Shown one piece after another: positions 13,330 through 25,915 of a stretch of 64,000 nucleotides of DNA; position 1 is the stretch's first letter, and each line of letters begins with the position of its first letter. The position numbers and the translations under genes are program-made. The stretch comes from Octopus sinensis (taxonomy: Eukaryota). The DNA lies in assembly GCF_006345805.1 (NCBI RefSeq), contig NC_042998.1, positions 5,456,001 through 5,520,000 on the forward strand, given 5' to 3'. The notes under the pieces were generated by a model. That model was not told the DNA's origin. It made no database searches and saw only the letters and a program-made list of their open reading frames with translations.

Positions 13330-13625
13330 TCTGTGTTTACATCCCTGTAGCTTTGCGGTTCGAAAAAATAAAATGATAGAATAAGTATAAGATTTTTTTA
13401 AATGGCCTTGGGGCGATTTCTTCGACTAAAACAGTTCACGGCTGTGCTCCAGCAAGGCCGCAGTCAACTGACCGAAATAAGTAAAAGAATCTATGAATAT
13501 ATATCACGGGCTTGTTTCAGTTTTCATCTACTAAATCTACTCACAAGGCTTTGGTCAAGGTGCTGCGAATTGGAACTGAACCGAAAGCTGTATGATCGGG
13601 AAGAAAGCTTCTTACCACACAACCA
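13330..13625. mobile_element. Diverged SINE family A fragments (tail on +, head on -)
   Basis: cttcgactaaa..gctccagcaaggccgcagtcaactgac and ttcagttttcatctactaaatctactcacaaggctttggtc. Confidence 0.65.
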
Positions 13626-14127
13626 CACAACCACAATTCTCTGCTGATTTATCAAGAATCAATAAATTACAGAACTTAACACGTAAGAGTTTTCTTTAAT
13701 GCATTGCAATCGGTGCAGCTGAAAGGTTCATAATTCCAGTACACCGAGTTCCACGTTTCCGATCAATCAGCTGGTTATCTGAGCATGTTTGTCTTTCCTT
13801 GAAATACCTGTTGTTTGAATATGTCTTGAAATGTTATATGAAGGTTAGGAAGAAAATGCTTATTTTTCCTTTTCTATTTTATTAAAACTTCAACGTGATG
13901 TATGCCAAGATGGCTGTTTCTACCATATGTTTTTATTTCGTTTCTGCTGCCTCTTGTGAAAATACTCCAAATGTCTTAAACTCCATGCAAACGAGATCAC
14001 TCAAGTAACTTTACGCACAAAATTGCTATTTTGTTGAAATATTGTTTTAGATAAATATGTTTTAAAAACAATGTATTTTTGAGCATGCACTTGTGTGTGA
14101 GCGCGCATTTTGTGTGTGTCTGCGTAT

Positions 14128-14178
<51 letters not shown>

Positions 14179-14188
14179 AATATATATA

Positions 14189-14224
<36 letters not shown>

Positions 14225-14499
14225 TGTATGTATGTATGTATGTATGTATGTATGTATGTATGTATTTATGTATGTATGTATGTATGTATGTATGTATGTA
14301 TGTATGTATGTATGTAGTATGTATTTATGTATGTATGTATGTATGTATGTATGTATTTGATATGTATGATGTATGTATGTATGTATGTATGTATGTATGT
14401 ATGTATTTATGTATGTATGTATGTACGTACGTATGTATGTATGTATACACGCACATACACATAAATATATATATTAATCTAACATTTCAAAACCAACGT

Positions 14500-14860
14500 T
14501 TTTACATCCCCGAACAAAAACAAAATTCAAGGTGGTTGGTATTTACATATGAGATACTTAGCGCTGTGCATACAAGGTTCTAAGAATTCTGGGGTTTTTT
14601 CGTTTTTTTAAGTTGTTACTATCTTGAAAGAAAATTCTTAATTTTTCACTTAAAGTTCACACCGTAGTGTATTCTTATCAGTGCTGACAAACAAACGTTG
14701 GTGCTTGCAATATCGATTTGTGAATATCAGTTTACTTGCGACAATTTATATTTTAGGTTCATTTCTGTTGTTTGTTTCTAATTTTGCCTTGTATATTATC
14801 GACTTCCCCAGACAGCTACCATCCATTGGACAGTTACCGCGAATTCTGAGGTTGCGTAAT
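14500..14860 (-). pseudogene. Penelope-like element GIY-YIG endonuclease remnant
   Basis: Minus strand RGNCPMDGSCLGKSIIYKAKLET..I*IVASKLIFTNRYCKHQRLF resembles the PLE motif CPLxGxCLxKxVVYKA..YIG..FKxRYxxH. Confidence 0.7.
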
Positions 14861-17194
14861 CGTTGTTTGTCAGCTGTTTACCTTCTTTTTCATCCAGCTT
14901 TTTAGCTTTGAATATAACAACCAAAATTCTTACAAGCTGAATAACCGGCCTTCATACAGTTCCTGTTTAATATTTCACTATATTATGCCCTACAGAAAAT
15001 TGTGACCTATGAAACTAAGGAATTCCTTTTTTATTTTAGCTTTTACTACTGGGTTAAATATTAGGTTATACCATAAAATGTTCGTACTTCTGCTTTCACG
15101 TTTCACATTGCCAGCATTTTTACTTATCTAATCTTATCAGAGAACCTAATATTTATTAGTGCCTCATTATAATACCCAGCTACCGCACAAAAGCATCGTC
15201 ATCGGGATATATCACAAATACACATTTATTAATGCTATCAACCAAGTTTCTCAAGATAATATGTGGATGGTTCGATTATCTATGTGTGTACACTAACTTC
15301 CCATTTAGTGAATGGTGTGGTCTGAAATTATCATAAATCAGTCTCAATGCTGTCTGTAAATTTAACGGTGATAAGGTGATAAGTATCTACCATGATACTA
15401 AGTTCTGTTTCCTGAAATACTTTAATCAGATGTTTTTTTCCTACCTTACGACCGCCACAACTTCGCTATAGAATCAAACCATCATCACGATATAAGCCAC
15501 ACACACAAACGCGAGCGCACACATACACGGCACACGAATGTATTCATATACTTGTAGAAAATCTATCCCTGCATCATATATAAAACAGCGGACTTTATCA
15601 TTAATGACAATACTATCCTGCCCAATGGCGATAATTAACCCTTACAATTATTGATTTGTTTTAAACATTTCATTTCCATTTTTTAGCATTTTCATATTTT
15701 TTACACCATTTTTATATCATTTTTTTTTCGTTTTGCAAATAATTTATAACTGTTTTTTACGTTGTTTTCTGGTTTGTTTAATTATATGGCAGCTCTTGAT
15801 TGATTTTTTTTTTTTCGTTTTTTGTGTATTAATTTCTTTCTTTTTCTTTTACAAAATACGGGCCGTTGTAATTAGCAAACGTTCTAATTGTTAAGTCTTC
15901 ATATGCTTAAACTCTCTCACACACATACCCATACAGAAAGACACTCGCAAATAACACATACACATAGAGAAAAACACAGACGCATAATGAGTCACGAAAC
16001 ACACTCGTAGATATGACTTATACAACACACGTATACTCAGGCACACACATACACACACACATAGAAGCACACACTCAAAAACGAAAGTAAAAGACAGTCA
16101 CAAATAAAAAAACTAGAAAAACACATATAGACGTGCATACATACACACACGCACATACATACACAAACACACACCACACACACACATCACACATACATAC
16201 ACAAACACACACCACACACACACATCACACATACATACACAAACACACACACACACACACAAACAAATATACTCGCAAAATATACAACGTCCCCCAATAA
16301 ACATTGTATTATACATATGCATATACGCAGGGACACTAACACACACATTCAAATATCAATTCAGCCGTTCCACGCGATCCAGTATGGGTCGGTAGTAGCA
16401 TAGACTATGGCTTCGTTCTGTTATACATAGCAATGTACTTACGAATAGTACAAACATCATTACTGCACACATGACCTTTCATCTTTTTGCCAATAGTAAT
16501 TTCAAAAAAAAAGTAATAACTAATGATTCAGAAGGATTTTGTCCTTCTGCAGTTTCGCTGGTAATTTATTTGAACGATACAGGAAATATGAAGAACAAAG
16601 CTGGACCAAGAATAGTATTTGAATTTAGAACGTATAGATCTGGATTAAACACCTCGACAGATCTCAGCTTCGAGTAAATTATGTTCGATACATTAACGAT
16701 TCTACCGATTCACCTCCTTGGTCATCAATAAATACTTTATTAACAAATATATGAGGTTAATTACACATACATATAGTTACAAACGCTTTCACGCACATAT
16801 ACATATACAGATACCATCTCAGTAACATGCATACACACATACATTTACACACGCTCTCTCATGCTCTCTCACACACACACACTGTCTCCCCAACAGACAG
16901 AGAACTGACTATGCATATAACTGTGCAATGAAAACAATGATTTATGGTCCTGATATTGTTTTCTCTGAAAGGATTAACTCATTAAATAAGACACTTCATT
17001 TCACCTGATCTCATTAACATGTGACACAGTCGAGCTGTTTCAACAACTGATTAGTTATCTGCTGGCAAACATCATTAGCCATTAATGATCACACGCCACA
17101 CACACAGACGTGCACATATTTATTTACACACGTGTATGTATGTGTATAATAATGTGTGTGTACCCACAAACACTCATATATATACATATAAATA

Positions 17195-17226
<32 letters not shown>

Positions 17227-17300
17227 GCATACATACATATGTATATATACATATATACATACATACATATAGATATACATATATACATATATGTATACAT

Positions 17301-17380
<80 letters not shown>

Positions 17381-17849
17381 TATATATATATATATACTTT
17401 ATTTAAAGCAGCAGAAAATTCAACAAAACCTGTTACTCTGAGTTTCCCGTTGCCGTTCATATATACATACACACCCTCAAATAGCGGGTTGTTTTCAAAA
17501 TATAATATTCAAAACAATATATCAAATAATAGAGAGTGTGTAAAGCATTTTAAAATGGTGCTATAACCAAATGCTTAATCTCCAGACATAAGCAAACTAA
17601 CCTACAGACAAAATTTGTGATCTGAAAGTATGTCAAGTGTCTTAACGCCCTACAAGGTTTTCTAGCGTAAGAGTTACAATTACTTACATAATTAACAAAG
17701 CAGATAATTCACAGGGTTTTGCTTTCAGTGTAGTCTGTGGACTGTTTGGTTATCCCAAACGTTCCTGGAAGACTGGTACTTTTAGCGTGTGTGCAGAAAA
17801 TATACATTAAACAAAAAATAGCGACGTTATAACATATTCTGTGCGCTTA

Positions 17850-18142
17850 TATTGTTCCTTCCTGAGCCATCCTTGGCTCATAAGGGCCGGTTTCCCGGTT
17901 TCCTTGAAGAATAGGTTCCCCACCTGGACGGGACGCCGGTCCGTCGCAGGTGAGCTGCAAGATGCAGGAGGAAAGAGTGAGAGAAAGTAGTGGCGAAAGA
18001 GTCCGCAGAAGTTCACCAGTACCATCTGCCGAAGCCGCGCGGAGCCTTGGTGTTTCGCTCATAAACAGACACATCACCCGGTCTGAGATTCGAACCCGCA
18101 ATCCTTCGACTGCAAGTCCGCTGCTCTAACCACGAGGCCATG
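17850..18142 (-). mobile_element. SINE family C-related copy
   Basis: Minus head tggcctcgtggttagagcagcggact..gcgggttcgaatc; body similar to 54510-54730. Confidence 0.75.
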
Positions 18143-18397
18143 TTCCATTCACATGCGCTTATATGGTAAAGTAAAATTTCATTAGTCAAATCTCAATTAT
18201 ATATCACAGCAATTATTTACCAAACAATACAAAATTACCGGAAATATACGGGCAATTATCATCATATGTAAAGTACGAAACGGAAGAAAAAACGTCCTAG
18301 ACGTAAGACATTAATCATAAACATCACTATATCTGAACAATATGTATGTGTGAATGTCTGTGTGTGTGTTATGTATGTGTATATGTGTGTGTGTGTT

Positions 18398-18454
<57 letters not shown>

Positions 18455-18499
18455 ATGTATGTATATATATATATATATATATGTATGTATATATATGAG

Positions 18500-18920
18500 T
18501 GTGTGTGTCTGTGTTTGTTCCCCTAGCATTGCTTGACAACCGATGCTGGTGTGTTTATGTCCCCGTTACTTAGCGGTTCGGCAAAAGAGACCGATAGAAT
18601 AAGTACTGGGCTTACAAAAGAATAAGTCCCGGGATCGAGTTGCTCGATTAAAGGCGGTGCTCCAGCATGGCCGCAGTCAAATGACTGAAACAAGTAAAAG
18701 AGTAAAAAGAGTATATATAAATATAATTTTATTCTTTTATTTCTTTCAGTCATTTTACTATGGCCATGCTCGAGCATCACCTTTAGTCGAGAAAATCGAC
18801 CCCAGGACTTATTCCTTGTAAGCCTAGTACTCATTCTATCGATCTCTTTTTGGCGAACCGCTATGTTACGAGGACGTAAACAAACCAGCATCGGGGTGAC
18901 AAAGACTGACACACAAACAT
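18500..18920. mobile_element. Two SINE family A tail halves in convergent orientation (18500-18712 +, ~18730-18920 -)
   Basis: Both match the 9000-9190 tail. Confidence 0.85.
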
Positions 18921-18945
18921 ATACACACATACATGCATACATACA

Positions 18946-18981
<36 letters not shown>

Positions 18982-18990
18982 TATACATAC

Positions 18991-19047
<57 letters not shown>

Positions 19048-19184
19048 GAGGGCATTATACATACATGCCAGAAGGCATTATACATACATGCCAAACGCTA
19101 AGAGGGACAATTAGTCATTTCTACCAAAAATATTACTAATCCCACCGAATGCAATTTTTCAAAGTAAGACATTAAAAAAAATAT

Positions 19185-19232
19185 AGACCTGTATCACAGT
19201 GATTTCATACTTACGTACTCATCAGCAGGCCT
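19185..19232 (-). ncRNA. Type I hammerhead ribozyme, canonical core
   Basis: AGGCCUG CUGAUGA GUAC-GUAA-GUAU GAA AUCAC-U-GUGAU A CAGGUCU; 7-bp stem I, GNRA loop II, near-palindromic stem III, AUA triplet. Confidence 0.85.
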
Positions 19233-20095
19233 GAATGTATTATAAATAAACAACGACCCTGCCCCGCTTAAGCCGATCATCTAACTGCTCAACATCAACT
19301 AAGCACATGGGTGAGTTTACATATATTACATCCGGATAAATGGCAAACTTTTACGAATTGCATTTCGGGAGAGGAAAAGTTTTTACGGAATAAAAATTTA
19401 GCAATTAAGGACAACTACTTAATAAGGAAAACTTAACAAGAAATTGTCAGGTAGATAGCGTAAAAACCTCATAAGAGAAAAAATTTCGAAAATAATTATT
19501 TCTTATTGAACATATTAATTTATATATAGAGGGCATTATACATACATGCCAGAAGGCATTATACATACACGCCAAACGCTAAGAGGGACAATTAGTCATT
19601 TCTACCAAAAATATTACTAATCCCACCGAATGCAATTTTTCAAAGTAAGACATTTAAAATTGCATTCGGTGGGATTAGTAATATTAGTAAAATTGCATTC
19701 GGTGGGATTAGTAATATTTTTGGTAGAAATGACTAATTGTCCCTCTTAGCGTTTGGCATGTATGTATAATGCCTTCTGGCATGTATGTATAATGCCCTCT
19801 ATATATAAATTAATATGTTCAATAAGAAATAATTATTTTCGAAATTTTTTCTCTTATGAGGTTTTTACGCTATCTACCTGACAATTTCTTGTTAAGTTTT
19901 CCTTATTAAGTAGTTGTCCTTAATTGCTAAATTTTTATTCCGAAAAAACTTTTCCTCTCCCGAAATGCAATTCGTAAAAGTTTGCCATTTATCCGGATGT
20001 AATATATGTAAACTCACCCATGTGCTTAGTTGATGTTGAGCAGTTAGCTGATCGGCTTAAGCGGGGCAGGGTCGTTGTTTATTTATAATACATTC

Positions 20096-20143
20096 AGGCC
20101 TGCTGATGAGTTCGTAAGTATGAAATCACTGTGATACAGGTCT
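20096..20143 (+). ncRNA. Type I hammerhead ribozyme, second copy (one stem II mismatch)
   Basis: AGGCCUG CUGAUGA GUUC-GUAA-GUAU GAA AUCACUGUGAU A CAGGUCU. Confidence 0.8.
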
Positions 20144-20408
20144 ATATTTTTTTAAATGTCTTACTTTGAAAAATTGCATTCGGTGGGATTAGTAATATTT
20201 TGGTTAGAAATGACTAATTGTCCCTCTTAGCGTTTGGCATGTATGTATAATGCCTTCTGGCAGTATGTATGTATAATGCCCTCTATATAAATTAATATGT
20301 TCAATAAGAAATAATTATTTTCGAAATTTTTTCTCTTATGAGGTTTTTACGCTATCTACCTGACAATTTCTTGTTAAGTTTTCCTTATTAAGTAGTTGTC
20401 CTTAATTG

Positions 20409-20458
<50 letters not shown>

Positions 20459-20461
20459 TAT

Positions 20462-20493
<32 letters not shown>

Positions 20494-21570
20494 TTCAGAA
20501 ACTTTAGATTAGTTAGAATGTTTATGGAATATTTTAACTTCTAAAGGCAAATTCGCTGCAATTACCGTGAAGAAGGAATTCTGTTCAGTGTCTTCCCCTA
20601 GTGTACTCCTTTGACGTGTTTCTAACTTCTTAGCGTTCCTCAATTGGAGATACTATGGAGTACATTATAGAGCTGTAAATCGCCCTCCATGTTATCTCTG
20701 GACTTTATTCAACGTCATTCCTTGTATGGAGACTGTAAGGGTTAGCATTAAATAAGATTTATTCGGTTCTAAGATATCGGTTAGCTGCATTGTGTCGAAT
20801 GATTACAGCGACTGACCTCATTGCTCTCTGTGTGTGCGCGTGTGTTTGTGTGTGTGTGTGTGTGGTGTGTGTGTGTGCAAAATAACGAGATGAACAGGAG
20901 TGAAGAGGTTTATATACATCAAAACACGCCGGTAGCAGATTTGAAACAAAGACCTTAGAATTTGCAACCCAATACTCCATTTGTTCACTCGTTTCGTCTC
21001 AAGAAAGAGAATGTCAGTGCACACAACCAACAAAGAGCATTTCGGTTTTGGGTTTTCTACTGTTCTACTGTTTCAATTATTTAAAATTTAATGCCGATAT
21101 AATGAGTGTCTGTTCGTTTTTGCTTTTTGCATTAGATCTGTTCAGAATATAGGTTTGTCCAGTATTGATGTGTAGGCATTAACAAAGTTTACAGAAATGG
21201 TTTCATATTTACCAACATATAATGTAATCTATGCTTTCAGGTGATGAGAGTTTTAAAGGTCAAAACACCCTGACTTTTCATCTTTATACTCAAAGTATTA
21301 ATAGTTCTAATGATGTGTAAACTTAACTGGCCTTTAAGCTCTTCGGTGACTCTTCATAAACCTGGTATGCATATACTTACATCCGTACGGGCACGTATTT
21401 ATACATATGTGTATATATTATGTCCATATGTAAATAATATCTATATGGATGTAGTTATGTGCTTAATATGTGTGCCCATGCAAATGTGTGTATTTGTATA
21501 TATATATGTGTGTATATATGTATGTATGTGTGTCTATATATATATATACATATACTCACATACAGATGTA

Positions 21571-21613
<43 letters not shown>

Positions 21614-21654
21614 TATAATATATATATGCGAGTGTGTATATATACATATATGCA

Positions 21655-21731
<77 letters not shown>

Positions 21732-21738
21732 TAATATA

Positions 21739-21784
<46 letters not shown>

Positions 21785-22491
21785 CTTAACAAATATATAC
21801 AGAAGTGTATATATATGTGTGTGTGTATATGAATATATATATATATATATATATACATAAGTAGATTTGTGTATATATGATATATATATATGTGCGTGTG
21901 TATAGATAAGGTATTAATGCACGTTTATAGACGTATATACGCATGTGTGCGTATGCATGCATCTCTTCGTGTGCCTGTGTTTGTAAGTATGTATTATAAT
22001 AGTGTTGACTTTAGGTTCAAAGCCTGACTATAGTTAGCCAATCATGTTGCACGGCGTATTTATACAGACAATGTAATCATGTAGTGACCTTAAACTAAGC
22101 TTCTTTTAGGATAATCTTCTTAGGTGAAACCTGTATTCCTCTGCCCCTCACACTACCTCATACTTTCTCTCTGCTTTTGGTTGCATTTCGCTCTCTATTT
22201 CTTGCATCTCTTTCAATATTTAGATCCCCCTCAATAGATTTTCTCTCAAACAAATCCAGACTACGTGCAAGCATTAATGACTTACACATGTGCAAATATA
22301 GGTATGTAATAATTCACACACGACAACAATGTACGTACATATATACATACATAAATACACACACACACACGCACAAACACGCATATATACATGCATATAT
22401 GTATGTATATATGTGTAGATAAAAGTGCGAGCATACATAAACATGCGCATTATATATTTATATGTGTGTGTGTATGAGTAGAAATATATAT

Positions 22492-22592
<101 letters not shown>

Positions 22593-22615
22593 AACTGATA
22601 GACAGACAGACAGAC

Positions 22616-22701
<86 letters not shown>

Positions 22702-22808
22702 AACTTACTTGGAAATGGGTGCGTGGCGTTCAATCATATAATGATATAAATAATATATATATGTATATATACATACATAAATGTAATATTTACATATAAA
22801 CGTATATG

Positions 22809-23156
22809 CATATGAATATGTGGGCACAGAACGTCACAGAACAAAAAGAACATGAAATACGAAAACAATACGAAATACGAATACATGGAATATGAACTTT
22901 TTCTTTTCGAACAACGAAAGAAACAAGTGGAAAACAAGCCAAGCAACAAAAAGAACACCCTTCATCAGTGGTCTTGCTCGAAATACGGAATAGAAAAGCA
23001 GCCGACAATTGATGAAGGGTCGTTCTTTATGTTGCCTGTCTTGTTTTCCTTTTGTTTCTTTCGTAGTTCGAAAGAAAGGTTCATATTCCATGTATTCGTA
23101 TTTCGCATTTCATGTTGTTTACATTCTGTGACGTCCTGTACCCGCATGTGCATATG
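22809..23156. repeat. Diverged head-to-head inverted pair (~150-bp arms, 40-bp spacer) between (TA)n tracts
   Basis: 22809-22968 is the reverse complement of 23009-23156; each arm begins (C/T)TGATGAAGGGT. Confidence 0.8.
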
Positions 23157-23203
23157 TATATACATATATATGTAAGTCTGTACATATATGTATGTATATA
23201 TGC

Positions 23204-23302
<99 letters not shown>

Positions 23303-23451
23303 GCGAGCATTCAGATAAAGATATGTTTGTGACCGTCTGTGTCTTTATTTAGAAAGGGTATTTGTATGATGGAATCATAAAATTTGTTCTAAAATAAAAA
23401 TTAAAATTAACTTACCGAACACTTTACATCCTTACTAATGTTCACATACAA

Positions 23452-23710
23452 CTTATATTTTCTTCAGTTCTATATTTAGGAGGTGAGGAATTGTGAACAT
23501 TATTTACATTATTTACATTCGACGGATATTTGTCCTCATCTTGTTTGTTGTTAACATAACGTTTCGGCTGATATACCTTCCAGCCTTCTTCAGGTGTCTT
23601 GGTGAAATTTTGAACCTGGATTCTCATTCCTAAGGTATTTTTCGATGTTGTTGTTGATATTATCATTGTTGTTGTTGTTGTTGTTCAGGTCACTGCTTGG
23701 AGTCGAATTC
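23452..23710 (-). mobile_element. 5'-truncated copy of tRNA-head + (AAC)n + hammerhead element
   Basis: Minus strand starts gaattcgactccaagcagtgacctg (B-box remnant), then (AAC)n, then body homologous to 23853-24030. Confidence 0.75.
23553..23598 (-). ncRNA. Minimal type I hammerhead motif
   Basis: GACAC CUGAAGA A GGCUG-gaaggtatat-CAGCC GAAAC GUU AUGUU (one stem I mismatch). Confidence 0.75.
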
Positions 23711-23786
23711 GTGGGTATATGACGAAGTGGTTAAGAGCGCGGGCATATAACCCCAATATTCCGAGTTCGATTCCAAGTAGTTACCG

Positions 23787-23854
<68 letters not shown>

Positions 23855-24030
23855 GCAACAACACCGAAAAATACCTTAGGAATGAGAACCCAGGTTCGAA
23901 ATTTCCCCAAGACTCCTGAAGACGGCTGGAGGGTATATCAGCCGAAACGTTGTGTTAACAACAAACAAGATGAGGATAAATATCCGTCGAATATAAATAA
24001 TGTAAATAATGTAAATAATGTAAATAATGT
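23711..24030 (+). mobile_element. tRNA-headed SINE-like element with (AAT)n spacer and hammerhead-bearing body
   Basis: A-box-like tgacgaagtgg 23720-23730, B-box gagttcgattcc 23763-23774, (AAT)n 23788-23852, HHR 23911-23956. Confidence 0.75.
23911..23956 (+). ncRNA. Minimal type I hammerhead motif
   Basis: GACUC CUGAAGA C GGCUG-gagggtatat-CAGCC GAAAC GUU GUGUU; consensus of the two copies gives a fully paired stem I GACAC/GUGUU. Confidence 0.75.
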
Positions 24031-24057
24031 TATATTTTCTTGTTATAAGCCAGAGTG

Positions 24058-24372
24058 AAGACGCGTGGTTTACTGGATAGAGGATTGGGCTCACGATCAT
24101 AAGGTCCTGAGTTCGATTTCCAGCGGTGCGTTGCGTCCTTCAGCAAGAAATTTTACTCGGCATTCTTCCAATCCACGCAGGTGGTTAAAATAGTAACACC
24201 TATATTTCAAAAGGCCATCCTTCTTACTTTCTGTGTCATGCTGTATCTTTCTGATAACTACGTTAAGATTACGCATTTCTATGTAGTGTTCAGCCACTTG
24301 AACGGTAATTTCACAAGCAGACTGTTCTGTTGATCGGATCACCTGGAGCCCTTCTCGCCGTAATCGACGAAG
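24058..24372 (+). mobile_element. Diverged tRNA-derived SINE, family C-like body
   Basis: ggtcctgagttcgatttcc B-box; aactacgttaag..cagccactt..aatttcacaagcag similar to 36790-36870. Confidence 0.7.
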
Positions 24373-24700
24373 TGCTAGCTGATAGACCAGACAACTTGCC
24401 AAAACCATGAAATGCTCTTATATATATAGTTAGACAGACACACACATATATATATAATACAAGGAATCTAATGCTCTTAGCTTAGTTTTTTCTTGGGGTT
24501 GGCTAGATTGGAGAAATCTCAAGTGTAATCAGCTGAAATTGCGAGGATTATCTGGTGCTTGACTGAGGAAAGAAAACTTCGATTAACGTGTCCTTGTTTT
24601 CTTTGTATCGCCTATCTGGATGTTTTGATGTCCCATTTTTGTATCACCTAGCGGTCCGGATGTTTTGCGTTCTTGTCCCATTTTCTATTTTATACATATA

Positions 24701-25000
24701 CTAGCAGTATCGCCCGGCGTTGCTCGGGTTTGTAAGGGAAATAACTATATAAGCATTTTTAGAGAGTTACTTCCCTTATATAATAGCAAAAAAATGCATT
24801 AAAAATGGGAAAAAATGATGGTAAATTTTTTTTTTAAATCGTAGAATCATCGTAGACGCGCGCTAATACCCAGAAGGGCTCGATATGAATCACGTCTATA
24901 AGATACCCGGTTTTGGTTAAACTGCACCGCAAAATGTAGGAGTAGTTAGGAATCTAAATCGTAGAAGACAGACACACAACTTCACTTGTATATATAAAGA
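24701..25000 (-). mobile_element. Non-autonomous Helitron (short variant)
   Basis: A|TC 5' end, cccgagcaacgccggg hairpin, CTAG|T 3' end on the minus strand. Confidence 0.9.
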
Positions 25001-25039
25001 TGTGTGTGTGTGTGTAGCGGCGTACGTACACTCTGGTCT

Positions 25040-25092
<53 letters not shown>

Positions 25093-25606
25093 ATATTGAG
25101 AAAAAGGAGGTCGCCAGAGTTTTGGAAGCATATTTTTATTTATTCATTATTATCGTCGCTTTCGTTTGTTTTCGAACTTGTCAAATAAAATTGTGAATGT
25201 GCAAACAGGTTGTTTATCTATACAAATCAGGTGTTTTCTTGTTTTGTTTAGAAGAAGAGACCATTGATTTTTTTTGGTGGGGGGAGTTCCAGGACAATGG
25301 AGATAGAGAGAGAGAGAGAGAGAGAAAGAGGAGGGAGAGATTTCTTTTGAATTTACTGTGTATTTACCATTTATTAAGTTACCATTGTATAGCTTGGAGA
25401 GGTCACCATCTTCAAGGATGGTGACCTCTCCAAGATTGAGAATGGGAGAATGGGGAGAATAAGGAAAAAAAGGATGATGTGCGGTCATCACTGAAAGCAT
25501 TTTTGATTTTTTTCTGTTTTCTGAAAGTGCCAGAAGGAAGATAAGAGGGTCTATGAAAAATTAAATATGTGTGTCTTTGTGTACGTGCGTGTGTGTGTGT
25601 GTGTGT

Positions 25607-25657
<51 letters not shown>

Positions 25658-25915
25658 TGTGCGTTTGTGTGTGTGTGTGTGCCTATGAAGTCATGTGTTT
25701 GGAAATATGTATATGTTTACACTGTGTAAATTTGATGTTTTGCATTGAAAAATAAAGTCAGGTTCCTTTAAATTTCATGTTTTTTTACATAAACAAACAT
25801 TAGTACAATATTTACAAATTAGAAAAATAAAATCCAATGTTATAGAGATGAGCACCATGTTATAAATATGGAGCAGATACAAGAGTAATAATGTATTTGT
25901 TTTTCTTTCCTCAAG

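Larger units (their letters stand above)
19042..20410. mobile_element. Inverted array of a 481-bp hammerhead-bearing repeat (retrozyme-like); left arm 19042-19659, right arm 19689-20410
   Basis: gaggg at 19048 and 19529, and aattgcatt at 19691 and 20172, both give a 481-bp period; arms are near-identical reverse complements; (TA)n at both outer ends. Confidence 0.9.

Noticed and set aside
17672-17790. Minus-strand exon ending at gtaagt
   Set aside because: Stops in all frames
21241-21364. Exon between tttcag and gtatgc
   Set aside because: Stops in all three frames unless a weak internal donor is used
23711-23787. Functional tRNA gene
   Set aside because: A/B boxes present but no acceptor stem pairing; treated as a SINE head, as for the other SINE heads
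24560-24610. ctgaggaaagaaaacttcgat as a hammerhead
   Set aside because: No GAAA after the putative stem II
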